Source: Massalongia carnosa (Eukaryota). From it: a stretch of DNA of 64,000 bases. The translations under genes were made by a program, and so were the position numbers. The stretch lies in assembly GCA_965645245.1 (NCBI GenBank), contig OZ287079.1, positions 1,736,001-1,800,000 on the forward strand, given 5' to 3'. This document shows positions 1 to 13,641 of the stretch, piece after piece. Below the pieces are notes generated by a model, which saw only the letters and a list, made by a program, of their open reading frames with translations, was not told where the DNA came from and searched no databases. Numbering within the stretch: the stretch's first letter is position 1; each line of letters opens with the position of its first letter.

Positions 1-396
1 CCCGTCCCTTTATAGTCTCAGTCAAAACCTCCGCCTCAGTCAGTTGCCTCCTACTTCGTCTGCCACAACGCGAAGGTCTCGGGGTGTAGCCAAAAAATCA
101 AAGGTTCTGTTGGAGTTGGAGTCTCAGCAAAAGGCTAAAGCAAGCAGATAAACAGGCTAGGGCCGAGGCGAAGAAGCAGGCGGCAGCTATGAAGATTGCT
201 AGGACTATGAAGCCTAGAAAGGAGGATGTTTCGCAACTGATTGATGAGTTTTCAGAGTTGAGGTCATCGCAATGAGTTGTATAATAGTAATGAAATAGTA
301 GAGTGTAATAGGTGTGACTTTTTCATACAATCAATCTGGATATAACGACTTATCAGCTAGGTATATGTTGCATTAGTAGATGGACTATTAATTTAG

Positions 397-706
397 TGTG
401 AGGGTGAGGCTTAAGCTAGTCCTAATAAGCAGTAGAACTTTCCGAGGGGTCTGCCAGTTGGGGTCTGTCCCGAATCTACTCGACAAGTCATAGGGACACT
501 AGAAACGAATACAATAAAGATGAAGAAGGAAATGGACAATCGACAACCAGAACCTGCTCCTATATATCCTCTGCTGCGCTAGTACCATGTGGTATAGTCG
601 TCATGGAATCTTCTAGTAGCTGCGGGAACGAAATCGAAAGTGCCTGCGTGTTCCATCTACGATTGCCCTAGGCGGTGCCGAGGTCGTGCCGAGCAGAATC
701 GTGACA
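397..706 (-). mobile_element. Probable solo LTR (Gypsy-like), about 310 bp
   Basis: Minus strand reads TGTCACG...CTCACA with an internal TATATA; no coding capacity; flanks (TTTAG/GCATG) do not form a TSD. Confidence 0.5.
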
Positions 707-935
707 GCATGCATTTGTGAAGTAACTCTTTTGACCATTTCGACATAGGCGTTGTCTGGTCTGGGCCTGTAGTTGATCTAAATGTATGTCAATTGAGGCT
801 ATAAATGTCTCTGCTTCTAGGACAGCTACGGGCGTTGCTTTGAAGGCTCCGGCTATGTTTCTTAGACATTTGTTTTGTATGACAGCCAGTTTGTTCGAGA
901 TGACGTTTGATTTTTGAATTTCTTTTGGCATGTGC
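707..935 (-). mobile_element. Tad1-like LINE ORF2 fragment (post-RT region)
   Basis: QNKCLRNIAGAFKATPVAVLEAETFIASIDIHLDQLQAQ closely matches the LINE at about 19385-19512 (QNNCLRTIAGAFKATSNPVLEAETYIAPIDIHLDTLQAQ). Confidence 0.8.
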
Positions 936-1103
936 CAAATAAATCGAATCTGATATAATCAAGAAAAAAAAACTCGAAAGATAAATATTTAATTTAAAAA
1001 AGGAAAATTTATTAAATTTCTAAATCAAGTCATGCTTTACATACTTTTCTATTAATTAAGTAATCCGTGCTCGAAGTTTACCGAGGTCCCAGCTGCCTGA
1101 CAA

Positions 1104-2575
1104 CTAGAATGAATGCTTCGCAAATGCATTTTCAACTGTGTCATAAACATCGTACGAAAAGATCCATGACTGAATTTTGGGATGTGTCCTACAAATATTA
1201 GGGCACTTTACTGTTACAAAAGTCACCATCGCTTACCAGCATTCCTTTCCGGGAGTATCAGGAACATATGGTTCGAAAGATTCTGCAAGGCGCAAGTCTC
1301 GCGCCACCTGCTCCTCGCCGTCTGGAAGATGATGTTCATGGCCCTGAAGAAACGTTTCTCGAACTAGTTGATCGAGCCGCGGACGTCGGATAGTATCATA
1401 TAGATCCATGGCGTTAGGTATCTGCTTTGTGGATGAAACATGGGAGAGCAGTGCGCCAAGGGTTGCACCGTCTTCGAGAGCGGAATTCGCACCCTGAGCC
1501 ATGTAAGGGAGCATCGCGTGACAGGAGTCGCCTCTGCGATGTCGACAATCAGTTCTTGAAACTTCATTCTATCCAATCTGTTGTAAGTCTGGGGGCTGCT
1601 TACGCCATAACGAAAGATCCCGATGAAGTTTTCCACGACTTTAGCGTAGGGAGGTGGTAAAGCCGCCACTTTTCGACCTTGTTCGTACATTTCAGGAAAC
1701 GAGTGAGTCTTACAGGCTAGTGAGCTCTATATTACATATCGACGTGATGCCACAACTCACATTGGGTCCCACCCTTCGAACAGTTGCATCATTTCGTCCA
1801 CGTTACCCTTGGCTTTTGCAGCATTTTCTGGCAAGTCATCCGGAACGAGTAGAACTAAATTGAGCAAACGTCCACCTTGAATGCCATATGCAACCGCATG
1901 AGCGCTAGGTCCTGCCCAAATATGAATCCCGACTTTCCGAATCCATGCTTTCAGCTCATCATCCTGAATATTTTCGGTGTCGAGCACTATTCTGTAGGCT
2001 AAATCTCCAGTCGGTTTCGGCAAAACAGTCTGGCCCACCATTATGTTGCGCAAAGAAGACCAAAGTCCATCTGCGGCAAGCACAATATCACCCTTGACAA
2101 TCTCTCCATTCTCCAAGACTACTGCGGCCTCTTCTAGATCCACGCTTCGAACCCTGGAGCTCAGTTGAAGGTCTGCTCCCAGTTCGACTGCTCTTTTCAC
2201 CATTGCATTTTGCAAATCCGCCCTGTGCAGACACCATATTGGCGATCCGTATCTGCCTTGAATTTCCGCATCATAGTCACTTCGATGGGCTAATATGCGG
2301 CCATTGTAACGACGATAGAAAAATGCTTTCGGAGTAGTTGCATCCTGGGCCAGCATGTCGGTCACCCCCCAACTCCTCAAAAGTCGTGTCCCGTTTGGAG
2401 TAAGCTGTAGCCCTGCACCAACTTCCTGGAGCTTGGATACAGCCTCGAGGATCGTGACTCGATGGCCAGCAAGTAATGTTGAAATGGCTGCTGCCAGTCC
2501 GCAAAGTCCAGCACCTACAATTATCAGATGGACGGGTTTGTCGGTGGCTGTCTTGCTGTTTGGAAGAGCAGACAT
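1104..2575 (-). CDS. FAD-dependent monooxygenase (salicylate hydroxylase-like, group A flavoprotein), 4 exons, about 433 aa, intact
   Basis: Exons 2575-1761, 1708-1604, 1533-1237, 1188-1104 splice at GT-AG into one frame. Motifs: GAGLCG (GxGxxG), ADGLWS (DG), GDSCHAMLPYMAQGANSALEDG (GD). Confidence 0.93.
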
Positions 2576-3088
2576 GTTGATGCGCAGCGTTGAGAGGCTT
2601 GATTTCTTTGCCTTGGTTACCTAGTCAAGAATAGAAAGACTCTTTGTCTACAGTTGCTGTGCTTTAATTATGCTTTTCGGCCTAGAAGTAGTTATATCTA
2701 GGCACTGATTACCGCTTCGCTGTTGGACCGGTAATTGGCGTGTGGATCTGAACAGAGCAGAATGAAGATGACGGGAAGTGGATTTTCCACAGTGGAAGTA
2801 TTCTTTGGGTCTACGGGATCCTACAACTTACAGGATTGGTATCTTACATGCGTAAGAGAGGGACAATGATCTGACAAAGATTCTGATTAAATACCATACC
2901 TGATGATCTACAAGATATATTTCTCCCTAGGAAATGAAAATTTGCAGCGTGGATCGGGGAAAGGGTTATGATCAATGGTTTCTATAAGGATTTTGTCACC
3001 AATAGGAACAAGATTGAATTCGGGGGAATTTCTTATCCGGGATTCGCAAACAGAAATGAGATTATTCAGCCAGTCTGCACGCAATGGA

Positions 3089-3250
3089 TGTTAGAATGTA
3101 CAAATCAGGCTACTTCATTTCAGCCTCACTCACCGAGTATGGCGCACGCTAATGGCTAGACGTATCGCTAGTCTAATACTAAGATACCGTACATTGTCTA
3201 TAAATCTAGCTATTCCCACTATATAGAACAAAAGCACTAATGACTAGACG
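3089..3250. repeat. Truncated copy of the LTR-like repeat at 17958-18161
   Basis: Starts TGTTAGAATGTACAAATCAGGCTACTTCATTTCAGCC as at 17958; abuts and truncates the Tc1 transposase. Confidence 0.7.
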
Positions 3251-4065
3251 TAGTTGACTCATCTTTCCATTGGCATTGCCCGGCACATTGTAATAATGAA
3301 TATCTGACTTGAAATCGTGACCAACAGCTGCCCAGCAATGATGCCGTTTCACATCTCTAGAATCTGGTTCTTCTGCTTGCTGTATACAGTCCTGACAATA
3401 TCTTTCGCCCGGCTGGCGAATGATGGACAGTTTACCTTGAGGACCCCATCCGAAATGCACCTCATCACTGAATCGTACGTTATGCCAGTCAGACTTTTCA
3501 GGATATCTTTTCAACATAACTTTGGCCCAATCAAAGCGACGACGAGCTGTTTTCTCATTGACCCAGCCCTTTCTGCATGCGACACATTTGTGATAGTCCA
3601 TCGTTCCCATAGCTATTTGTATGATTCGTCCCGAGCACTCAAGTCCCACCTCATAGCCCAACTGTGCCCAGGTGAGAGCACGCGCCTCAAATCCCTCCTC
3701 CTCTATGATGCGCTCCATTCCGCGATTTTTTTGCGGAGTGACAATAGCCTTTCGCCCTCGCGTTTCAGGAAGATCAGGCTTATTGTGATGTCTTCGCGAG
3801 CTCTCCTGATTTAAAGCTCTCCAGCCGGCATGATGACTCACATTAAACGTACGAAAAACGTCCTTTTTGAAGTAGAGAATGCCCATGCGATCGCAGAATT
3901 CAACGGCTCCTTGAATTTTAGCTTTTGTAGGAGTAGGATAGTGCATTCTAGATTCAGAAGAGTTAGGTTCAGCTGTGTTGGGTCGTTCCATGATGCTGGT
4001 TGTTGGTGAAAAGGGGGGATTTTTGATGGGGTGAAATTTTTGGGTGTCGCTTTTTTTTCTGCGAG
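3251..4065 (-). mobile_element. Tc1/mariner transposase, 3'-truncated
   Basis: ORF from 3991 with RGRK linker, VRFSDEVHF (first catalytic D), HCWAAVG and GKMSQ; second D and E are missing. Confidence 0.8.
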
Positions 4066-7000
4066 CGCGAGGGCACCAAACCCGTGTTTCTGAATGACGA
4101 TAATATAGTGGCCGAGGTGAAATGTTTGATTTCGCATGCGCTGAAAAATCGACAAAAAGTCGAGTTTGTCGAAATCTGCCCCTCCGAGTCGTACCAGTTC
4201 GTCAATGCCTTCGGAATGATAATGTTTAAATTGCTGAAAACATCCTACATCCAATGGCTGAGTGAGATGTGTTAAATGAGGCGGCAAACGAAATAATTCA
4301 ATCTGATTTCGTTTGGCATATGTAAAGAACTCGTAACGTAGAATCTATTCGGGCCAGCCACCTATTCGGGCCGACCACCCGCAAATTCCACCATCATCAC
4401 CAAATAGAGAAACATCATCAGCGCATTACCTCTATCAACATCAAAACTAGCTAAAAACATCACTGTCCATGGCCAATTCCTTCCAGGCAATCTTCGCGAA
4501 CTTCACTTTCCCATTTAAAGCATGATATCGTGCCTTTTTGTTGGCCAATGCTTCATCCTTTTGCCTCTTCTCCTCTACCAACTCCCGTTCTTTACCAACC
4601 GTCAGCACCTTTGCTTTTCCATGCCCTTTTCTAGACGTCTTTTGACGTCGTTGATCCTGTTTGGCAATCAATTCCTGATTGGTATGCTGTAAAATAATTC
4701 TATCAGCAACAGCATTCAAAGCGGTTGTTTTTAGAACATCAACATGCGCGCGGAAAGACGGAGTCATACGAGTCAACAAAACGTCGCTGGCCTCTTGAAT
4801 CCGTTTGGTCGTTTTGGGAGTGTCATTATTGATGTCGCGACAAGATGGAGGAGTGACTGGTCTAGGTAATTTGTCTATAACATGCTGAGGATTGTACGGA
4901 ACCAGACCTGTTCCTCGCCAGGCACTCAGGATGTTGGTGGTGGACATGGCCTGTTTTCTTGCGACCTGAATTAGATTTAGAAATTCCACCTTCGAGACGT
5001 TTACGGTTCCGTAACGAGATCTGCTAGAAACTAATTGCTTGTAGGCCTTACTCAATGGTCCAAAAACACCCACGTCCAATGGTTGCAATAGATGGGTGGA
5101 ATGAGGAGGTAGACACAAGGGTACAATCTTGTTTTGATCGCAGAACTCCATGAATTCCATTGTGATGTGACTGTCATGCCCATCGACAATCAACAGTCTA
5201 TAAACCCCTTGAGTGCGACTTGTTTGTGGATGGAAAACTTCTTTTAACCAATGCAAAGCTATTTCCCGGTCCGTCCATCCATTGGGACTGACCCGAATAG
5301 TTGTTTTCTCATCCGCAATGGCTGCATACCAGGCTTGCTGAATCTGAGCACTTTGAAAAATGATATAAGCAGGAAGAATACTCCCGCGAGAGGATATACA
5401 CTCAATTAAAGTGACCCAATCCCTGTTTCCTGGATGCACATTGAAAGGTGCTGTATTACCTCTTATTATGACCATAGAACTGTCCGCAATGCCCATGGCA
5501 AATCCTTTTTCATCCATGTTGTATATATCTGCATCTGCGACACCGTATTTCTCGCGAGTGGTCATGTACAAATCAAACCAATCCTTCATGATAACAGGGT
5601 CGCTGGCGTCATTTCTGACCTGATCCAAATTTCTATTGTATTTTAACTTGAATTCAGGATGTCTGTTCAAAAAGTTTTTATACCAATGGCGTCCAAGCGC
5701 TTTTCGATCCCCTTTGGCCTCCATCTAACTCTTAGCCATGCCTTCAAGATGTATAATTCGAGGGGGCCAGCCCCATGCAGTCATTCTTTCAATCCATGTA
5801 ATCAGTGCTTGTTGCTCCTTACGGATAGTCTTTGCATAGTTTGATGATAGGATTTTGCAGGTTGTCTCCCCCGTAAACGAGCTTGAAGCATCGATCGAGG
5901 AATGTCATAAACACGGGCGATTTCTCGTTGTGATACATTAGGATTTTCCCGCAAATATTCAACAGCTAATTCTAAACGAGTATTAGAATCTGATATATCT
6001 AATTTTGAATTCATTTGAATATGGTTGGATGGTGGGGATGAATGATAATGGAAAAGAATTAGGTGGCCAATGGATTTTGATGGGGCGGCCCGAGTAGGTG
6101 GCTGGCCCGAATAGGTGGCAATTACGTTATGTCATATGAGATCCATATCCGTCCATAATCAACATACGCCAGGCACCTACCTGACCCTTTCGACTGTGTT
6201 TATCAAAATGTTTCAGCCAATCAATGGCCAAGTCATCATTGGAATAGCCGGTAGGACTAGTAGTCAACAAAACATCGTCATTCAGGTCGTTCTGCTGCGC
6301 CCATTTTTCGAGAATCAAAACCTCCGCGATAATCACCATTGGGGGAATGTCTCGACCACCAGCACTAATACACTCACAGGAGGTGACGTATTCTCTGTTG
6401 TCTGGGTCTGTCAACAACAGAGGCTATCTGGAATGACCTGACACCACCCAATGAGCCCTGCCACAGCAAATTCGAAAGCCCGTTTCATCCATGTTCCAAA
6501 CATCCTCGTCCACTATTCCCCGCGCCTCGCGCGCAGCCCGATATGCCTCGAAATATTCATGTATGTCCTTTGCATTGTGCGCGTGTTTTCGCTCGGCCGC
6601 CAAAGGTTTTTGTTTTCGTTTGAAGAACTGAGGATTGCGATTGAGGAAACGTTTGGTCCAAGAATTGCTGACGATGGGGGGGGGAGTGAAGGCGTCTAAA
6701 TGGGCTTCTCGAAGTAGATAATTGGCAGCTCCAAGAACCATTGAAAATCTGGCTGATTGTTCAGCTTGATCGAGCATTCGAATGTAATCATAAATAGTCA
6801 ATTCCTGTTCATCAGATAACGCCTTGTTGGGGGGGAGTTCGGCCAATGCGCGAACCTCCTCCAGCAAGTCGTCTTTGAAGAGTACGAACGTCCACGTCAA
6901 AATCAATGGCTGCTGCGCGTATACTTTGAAATTCACCCATGTCCCACGCGTTTATAGCGTCAACAATTCGATCCTCCTTATTAGAATATGAATTAGCCAT

Positions 7001-7114
7001 GGTGGTGGTGGATGAACAACGTGGTGGAAATGGTAGTAAAAATGGGAAAAGTGCGCAGTATGATGGGCACTAGACCCTGACTCGGTTGGGGTTTAGTGTT
7101 TTGGCACGCACGGT
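4066..7114 (-). mobile_element. Degenerate pogo/Fot1-like DNA transposon (host element), split by the nested copy at 4336-6127
   Basis: HTH start at 7000 (MANSYSNKEDRI...RTLQRRL), NMDETGF, LIMDGYGSHMT and, beyond the insert, LPPHLTHLTQPLDVGCF. Frameshifts present; probable terminus ACCGTGCGTGCC next to TA at 7115-7116; other end lost. Confidence 0.85.
4336..6127 (-). mobile_element. Full-length pogo/Fot1-like transposon with TIRs and TA duplication; transposase pseudogenised
   Basis: Imperfect TIRs ACGTA...CTATTCGGGCCAGCCACCTAYTCGGGCCG; TA at 4334-4335 and 6128-6129. Transposase 6014-4447 has NMDEKGF, IVDGHDSH and QPLDVGVF, one frameshift near 5820 and a TAG at 5725-5727. Confidence 0.93.
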
Positions 7115-7116
7115 TA

Positions 7117-10100
7117 TTTCGAACGATACGCTCAGGATCATGATCCTTTCAATGAAATGGGTGAACCCAAGCACACGTTAAGTCAGGCTATGCTGCATTT
7201 CAAAAACACGGTGACCAACCCAAGCAAGTCCAGCGATAAGGCCGTAATCGCAATGGCAGCTGTTTCAAACGCTCAAACCCAAGCAGGAGCTCAACCCGGA
7301 ACAGCCCATTCTCGAATCATCACCAAGACCATCAAGTACTGCAACCACTGCCAAAAGGACTATCACGTAGAGAGCGAGTATCGTGAAAAATATCCACACC
7401 TCGTTAACCAAGACTCATAGCGTAAGTCCAATAAGCGTCGCAGGAATTCCAAAAGTCAAGGTTAAAGTCAAAAGCCAACCGGAAACAATGACTCAACCAA
7501 AGGAGCCTTCTGCGCCTACATGGCCACTGCGGATATAAGCAAAATATCTATGCTCTGGATCTGTGACTCTGGAACTAGCCAACATATTACCCACGATCGC
7601 TCCATCTTCACCTCATTCAAGACATCTGATTGCCCACCAATTCAAGGTATTGGAGGAGTATTAATTCCCAAAGGAATAAGTAGCGTCATGTTGCGGTGTG
7701 CCGATAACGAGGGTCTTCGGGAGTTCCCTCTTTTCGATGTGTTATACGTTCCGGACGGAGGCCTAAATCTCATCTCCCAAGGACAATTACAACGAGATGG
7801 ATGTCCCCTGAAGATCATACCAGAGGGAATTGAAATCGGGAACTATGGTATCACTGCTCGCCGCCAGGACAACAATCTGTATATCCTGAACATGTGGAAC
7901 GTCTCTGAAGCCGCTCTTGCTCTCGCTGCAATTAATAGCGAGGCGATAAAATTGTGGCACGCTCGTTTAGGCCATCTTGGAAATCAAAACATTCTCAAGC
8001 TCGCTGGCATGTCAAAAGGAATGGACCTCACCAAGCCCCCGCCCCAAGACGCCTGTCCTCCGTGCGCCATCGCTCAGTCCCAAGTAGAACCACACCGGGC
8101 CCCCATCCAACCAGGCAAGCACCCGCTGGACTTAATTCACAGCGATGTCCAAGGACCTTTCCCAGAAGCCTTGAATGGCGCCAAATATATGGTGACCTTT
8201 CTTTGCGATTTCGATAAACGGTCCCACGTCACCTTACTGCGCGTCAAAAGCGGAGTCCTTCAAGCCTTTAAAAACTACAAGAAGCAATATGAATATGGGG
8301 ACAAACGAATTAAGCGCTTGCGATCGGACTGTGGGGGTGAGTATGACTCCAAGGACTTCGAGAATTTCAGAAACGAGCATGGCATTCAGTGGGAACCTAC
8401 CGTACCGGGAAATCCACCCATGAACGGGACAGCCGAGCGCCTAGGTCAAACGCTTCACAAGTTAGCCAGCACCATGCGAGAAGGCGCTAAACTCGACATC
8501 AAATATTGGGCTGAAATGGTTCTCACTGCCAACTACCTAAGAAATCGAAAACCAACTGCGGGACGCTCCATCACCCCCTACGAGTCTCACACCGGCAGCC
8601 CACCAGAACTAGGACATCTAAGGATAATAGGACAGACTGGCTATGCGCAAAATCGCAAGCCCTCCACCGGATGGAAGAAATTTCAGGAACGAGCCACCAA
8701 ATGTACTTTAGTAGGATACGAAGGCGATCACATCTATGGAATGATAAATCCACGGGGCGCGGTCATGCGTTATTCCAATGTTCAGTGGATAGATAACAAT
8801 CCCCCAACTCCTCCTTCCTTATCATTCTCTCAAACTAAAAGAGCCCTACATGTTGGACAGTCAGGACCGCCCACAAGAAAGCAAAAAATTACCCATCATA
8901 CGGACGCCCCTCATACGGACGCCCCTCATACGGACTTAGTCGACGCTCATGAATCCATAGAATCAATTCCCACTGGACCTCTCCCATCAAACGCTGGACA
9001 AGAGGCATTGGCAAACCAACGGCCCATTGAGCCTCGGTTCCAGGCAGATATTCTCTCTAAGCACCCAAAACTTCGTGCCCCCTCGCCTGACCCGCTAGCT
9101 CTTTTGGCTCTTCTTGCTCGAGCCAATGACCCGGAGCCATACGAGCCTAAAACCTATAAACAGGCCGTAGACAGTCGGAAGGAAAAGGATTGGCGAAGGG
9201 CAATGCAGGAAGAAATTGACTCTATCAACGAAAATGATTCCTGGATCCTCACTTCCCTGCCCCCGGATCGCAAAGCCCTGCGAGGCAAATGGGTTTATAA
9301 AATCAAACGAGGCCCGGCTGGCGAGATTCTTCTTTACAAGGCTCGATGGGTAGTCAGAGGCTTTGAGCAACGTGAAGGCATTGACTACAATGAGACTTTT
9401 GCTTCAGTAGTGAAGCCAATGAGCTATAAAGCCATCTTCGCTATCGCTGCAGCCAATGACTGGGAAATTCACCAAATGGACGTAAAAACAGCCTTCTTGT
9501 ACGGAAGAATGGACGAGGAAATCTACGTGGAGCAACCAACTGGTCCGGATGACGGGTCAACGAGAGTTTGCAAGTTGAAGAAAGCTCTTTATGGCCTGAA
9601 ACAGTCGTCTAGAATCTGGTATGAAACGATCACTACTTTTTTCAAGTCTCATGAATTCGTTCCAGTCAACGCCGACCTTAGCGTTTTCGTTAAAGAAGGG
9701 GTTATCGTAGACATTTACGTCGATGATTTAATCATCACTGGCTCTTCTTCTTCCGAGATACAACGTGTCAAGAAACTGCTGAACGACGAGTTCTCGATGG
9801 TTGATTTAGGCCCTATCAATTACTACATGGGCATGACGATAACTCGGGATCGGGCTAATAGGATTCTTCGCGTTGGTCAGCAGGCCTATCTGGAAAAAGT
9901 ACTACGCGACCATGGCATGTGGGACACTAACCCCGTGGCTACCCCGATGGATGGGCGACTGGAGGCTGCACCAGAGGGCCATCAGGCCACAGATGACTCT
10001 CGCCTCCGCTACCAATCAGCGGTGGGCTCTCTCATGTATGCTATGCTAGGCACCAGGCCTGACTTAGCCTACGCCGTATCGGTGGTCAGCCGCTATGCCT

Positions 10101-10735
10101 CGAACCCGACCGATACGCACTGGAAGGCAGTCAAACGCATCTTTCGATATATCAAGGGCACTCTTCCGTTGCAGTTAACATACAAAGGTCACTTACAACC
10201 CTTGAACGGTTACACTGACGCGGATTGGGCCGGAGATCATCATACCCGAAGGTCTACCTCTGGCTTCGTGTTTAATGTTGGTAGTGGCGCTATTAGCTGG
10301 TCTTCCAAACGACAACCGACCGTAGCCCTATCTTCATGCGAAGCCGAGTACATGGGTCAGACTCAAGCCACCAAGGAAGCCGTCTGGTTGTCTAGTCTTC
10401 TCGACCAACTTTCAGCACCTCAAGTCCCTGGGAATCACTCTCTCCAAACCCAGAGCACCTCTGTAGCCCTTGCCTGCTTGCCTACATCTTTCGCCCTAAA
10501 TGCTATCATCATTCACTGCGACAATCAAGGAGCAATAGCTTTGGCCAAAAATCCCCAGGCACACGCGTGGAGCAAGCATATTGACATCCAATGGCACTAC
10601 CAAAGAGAGAAGATCGAAGACAAATCAGTGGAATTTCGCTATGTTCCTACCGAAGAGCAGGTAGCTAACGGCCTAACCAAGGCCCTACCAAAGGACAAAT
10701 TTGTTGACTTTCGAAAGGCTTTAGGCTTAGAGTAA
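7117..10735 (+). mobile_element. Ty1/Copia retrotransposon internal region (gag tail plus uninterrupted 1071-aa pol), both LTRs missing
   Basis: Order PR (WICDSGTSQH), GAG-pre-integrase (LWHARLGH...CPPC), integrase (HSDV/RSDCGGEY/AER), RT (QMDVKTAFL, YVDD), RNase H (YTDADWAG, SSCEAEY). CNHC..H knuckle near 7340. Confidence 0.95.
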
Positions 10736-13641
10736 AAGTAATTCGGCTAAGGCGAAAGGTAATGCCGGGACCGAGTGGAGGCAGGCCGCGAAACAGCCGA
10801 CGAAGACTGAAGGCCGTGGATAGCCGAAGGACCGAGTGGAGGCAGGCCGCGAACAGCCAACGAAGGCCGAAGGACAAAGGAGGATGATGTCCAAAATAGT
10901 TGGACATGCAAGGGAGAGAAAGGGCATAAATAGGTGGCCTTTTGGCAATCTTCTCCTCATCATCACCATTGATTCGGAGTTCAGCACCAAAAGGTCTTTT
11001 GAAAGTCTTTCCCGAATTAAAAACATATGTCAATCACCCACCCTCAACCCCATCATTCTAAATCACCTCCATTTCTCATCCTATATTACCTCCCACACTG
11101 AGCCCATCATGCCTTCCCATCGCCCTCAAAGAATCACCAAGCCTTCCGCCCGCTCCGGAAACACCTCCGGGCCTGGTCAACATCTCACTCGTTCCACCCG
11201 ACCCCCTAGGGGAGGGGCCATAGTTCCAGAAACAAAGCCTCCTGCGAACACTCAAGGTTCGGAAGGAACACTTCGGGGCGATGTGATAGACGTCCACCGA
11301 ACACCGGAACCAACCCCGGACCTGCTGTTGGACCTCAGGGCTCAGCAGGAGGCCACGGCGACAGCCCTCAGGCAGGAGGAGACCCGTCACCTTCAAAAAC
11401 AAATCGCCGACAACTTGGCGGCCATTCAACGCATAAGGGAGGGAAACACAGTCCCCGAGTATAGGCATGAGGCACACACTCCCCACCCGAACCAGTTACT
11501 ACCCGCTGAAACTGAAGGTACGGATCCATGTCTCCTTCCTCTAATTATCGAGTACCCCGCCATAAACAGCATTTATTTCCGACAAATTCTGAGCAACAAA
11601 TTCGACCCCATAAATATTTCCAAGCTCTGCACCGATGTAGTCTTGATCAAACCAACTGTCAAACGAGTGAACCTGGCCAAAGGATACGAATTAATATAGG
11701 AAGAAGACGACGCGTCACCAGAAGACATCAAGGGACTACCCCGCCTGATTCGCTGCCTCGGGGTGTATTGGCAGGTCTTGCTTCATTTGGCACCATCCGG
11801 AATAAAAGACAGTCTTTGTAGGGCCTTTCAAATCTATCAGGACCGCTTGTTGTTACATTACACCATCTACGCCTGGGAGTCAGTACGGGTGTTTCATATA
11901 ATCTTTCACAGGGGTCGAGTATACCAGGGGGTGAACGACCCGGCCGGATGGAGGAGAATCGACACCACCGTCGAAAACATGTACCTTACTCGACGGACAC
12001 CTAACTTGTCCATGACGGGAGGTACCACCAAACAGTACCCAGGATCAATCCCGATAGGCGGCTTCACTGAATCAAAGCCCATGTCCTGCAATCGATACAA
12101 CGCGGGGCGGGAATGCAAGGACTGCAGGTACCTTCACGTCTGCAGTCTCTGTTTCGGCCATCACACGAAAAAAAACTGCCCTAAGGCACATATCAGCAAC
12201 CCAAATTTCATGTCAACGGGTAGACGAGATTGACTAGCCGGCCCATATGATCATATCGCCGAAGGGTTCCCCTATCCGCTGATAGATAAATCAGCAATCG
12301 TACCCTCAGGGCCTCTGAGAAAAGAAGGCTGGGAACTTCACCTCATGGATCATCCGGACAAAACTTACAAACAGACCATTCACGATATAATCGTGTACGA
12401 GGCCAAAATTGGTTACACCGGCCCAGATCAGTTCATTCTAAGCAACAACCTGGCCTCGGCCAACGTGGCCCCAGAAATTCTGACCATGGACGTAGAGACC
12501 AGAGGGCCAAGAACCGATTGATCGAGGTACCCACCCTACCAGCCAGATATATATGCTCCCCCTTAGGCCTGGTCCCCAAAGCAAACGGAGGATGGCGCGG
12601 TATTCACCACCTCTCCCACCCCGAGGGTAATTCGGTGAACGACTTCATTCCCGAAGAATGGGGCGCTCTGGAATATATCACTTTCGACGAAGCCCTCGCC
12701 GGTGTCAGAAGATTGGGCAAAGACTGCGTACTGATCAAACGAGATCTAGCCGATGCCTTTCGCCACGTTCCAGTGGCGCAAAGCGATTGGTGGTTGTTGG
12801 GTTTTTGTTGGAACGGGGTTTACTGGATGGAACGCTTTCTTCCATTCGGCCTCAGGACGTCTCCCTTCTTGTTTGAATTATTCGCGAAAGGTCTGAACTG
12901 GATGATGATTAATAAAACAAATGGCGAAGTTATTCACTACCTGGACGATTTTCTCGGAATCGTTCGCGCTATTCCCGATGCGGCATCCTTTGATCGGAAC
13001 TTTGCAGAAATTTGTTCAGACCTCGGCCTAAAAATCAACGAAAAGAAAAATAAACAAGGCCCGGTAGTCGAATTCCTGGGCATCGAGCTGGTCACACACC
13101 TCATGCAGGCACGACTACCAGCCGAAAAGCTTCAGAAAGCTAAGGATGTCGTCCAAACAACATTGAATAAATCCACTATAACCAGAAACGAGCTAGACAC
13201 TCTGCTGGGATTTCTGTGCTTTGCAGCCAAAGTGGTGGTGCCGGGAAGAACCTTTCTCCGACGCCTGTTCAACTGCAAAAGTGGGCCCGCGCGCCCATTT
13301 ATTCATATCAATTCTCACATAAAAGCTGATCTTTAATGGTGGCATCATTTCTTTCCATTATGGAACGGCATACACATTATTAGCCCTTCGAGACCCCTGC
13401 TCCGTCTCTGGACGGATGCCAGTGGGGACTTCGGAATCGGGGCACACATACTTCAAGGTGGTCAGACCACACACACATTGCCCGCTGAGCAAGTGGTTTC
13501 TGAACGTTATACCACCAGGCTCAGAGCCAAACATATCAATGAGAAGGAGATGACAGCAATTCTGCACGCCATACGGCGGTGGCTCCCCATGTGCGAGGGA
13601 GCTCATCTTCTTCTTTATTGTGACAGCTTTGCTGTAATGTC
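10733..13641 (+). mobile_element. Ngaro-like tyrosine-recombinase retrotransposon copy A (gag, RT, part of RNase H), 3'-truncated
   Basis: Gag 11109-12233 (one TAG at 11697-11699) ends in CNRYN...CKDCRYLHVCSLCFGHH...C. DIRS-type RT: KRDLADAF, LPFGLRTSP, YLDDF. RNase H: WTDAS, HINEKE, YCDS. Colinear with copy B at 53066. Confidence 0.88.

Noticed and set aside
8897..8936. 15-bp repeat (HTDAP) x about 2.7
   Set aside because: Ordinary slippage in the variable integrase-RT linker of the Copia pol.
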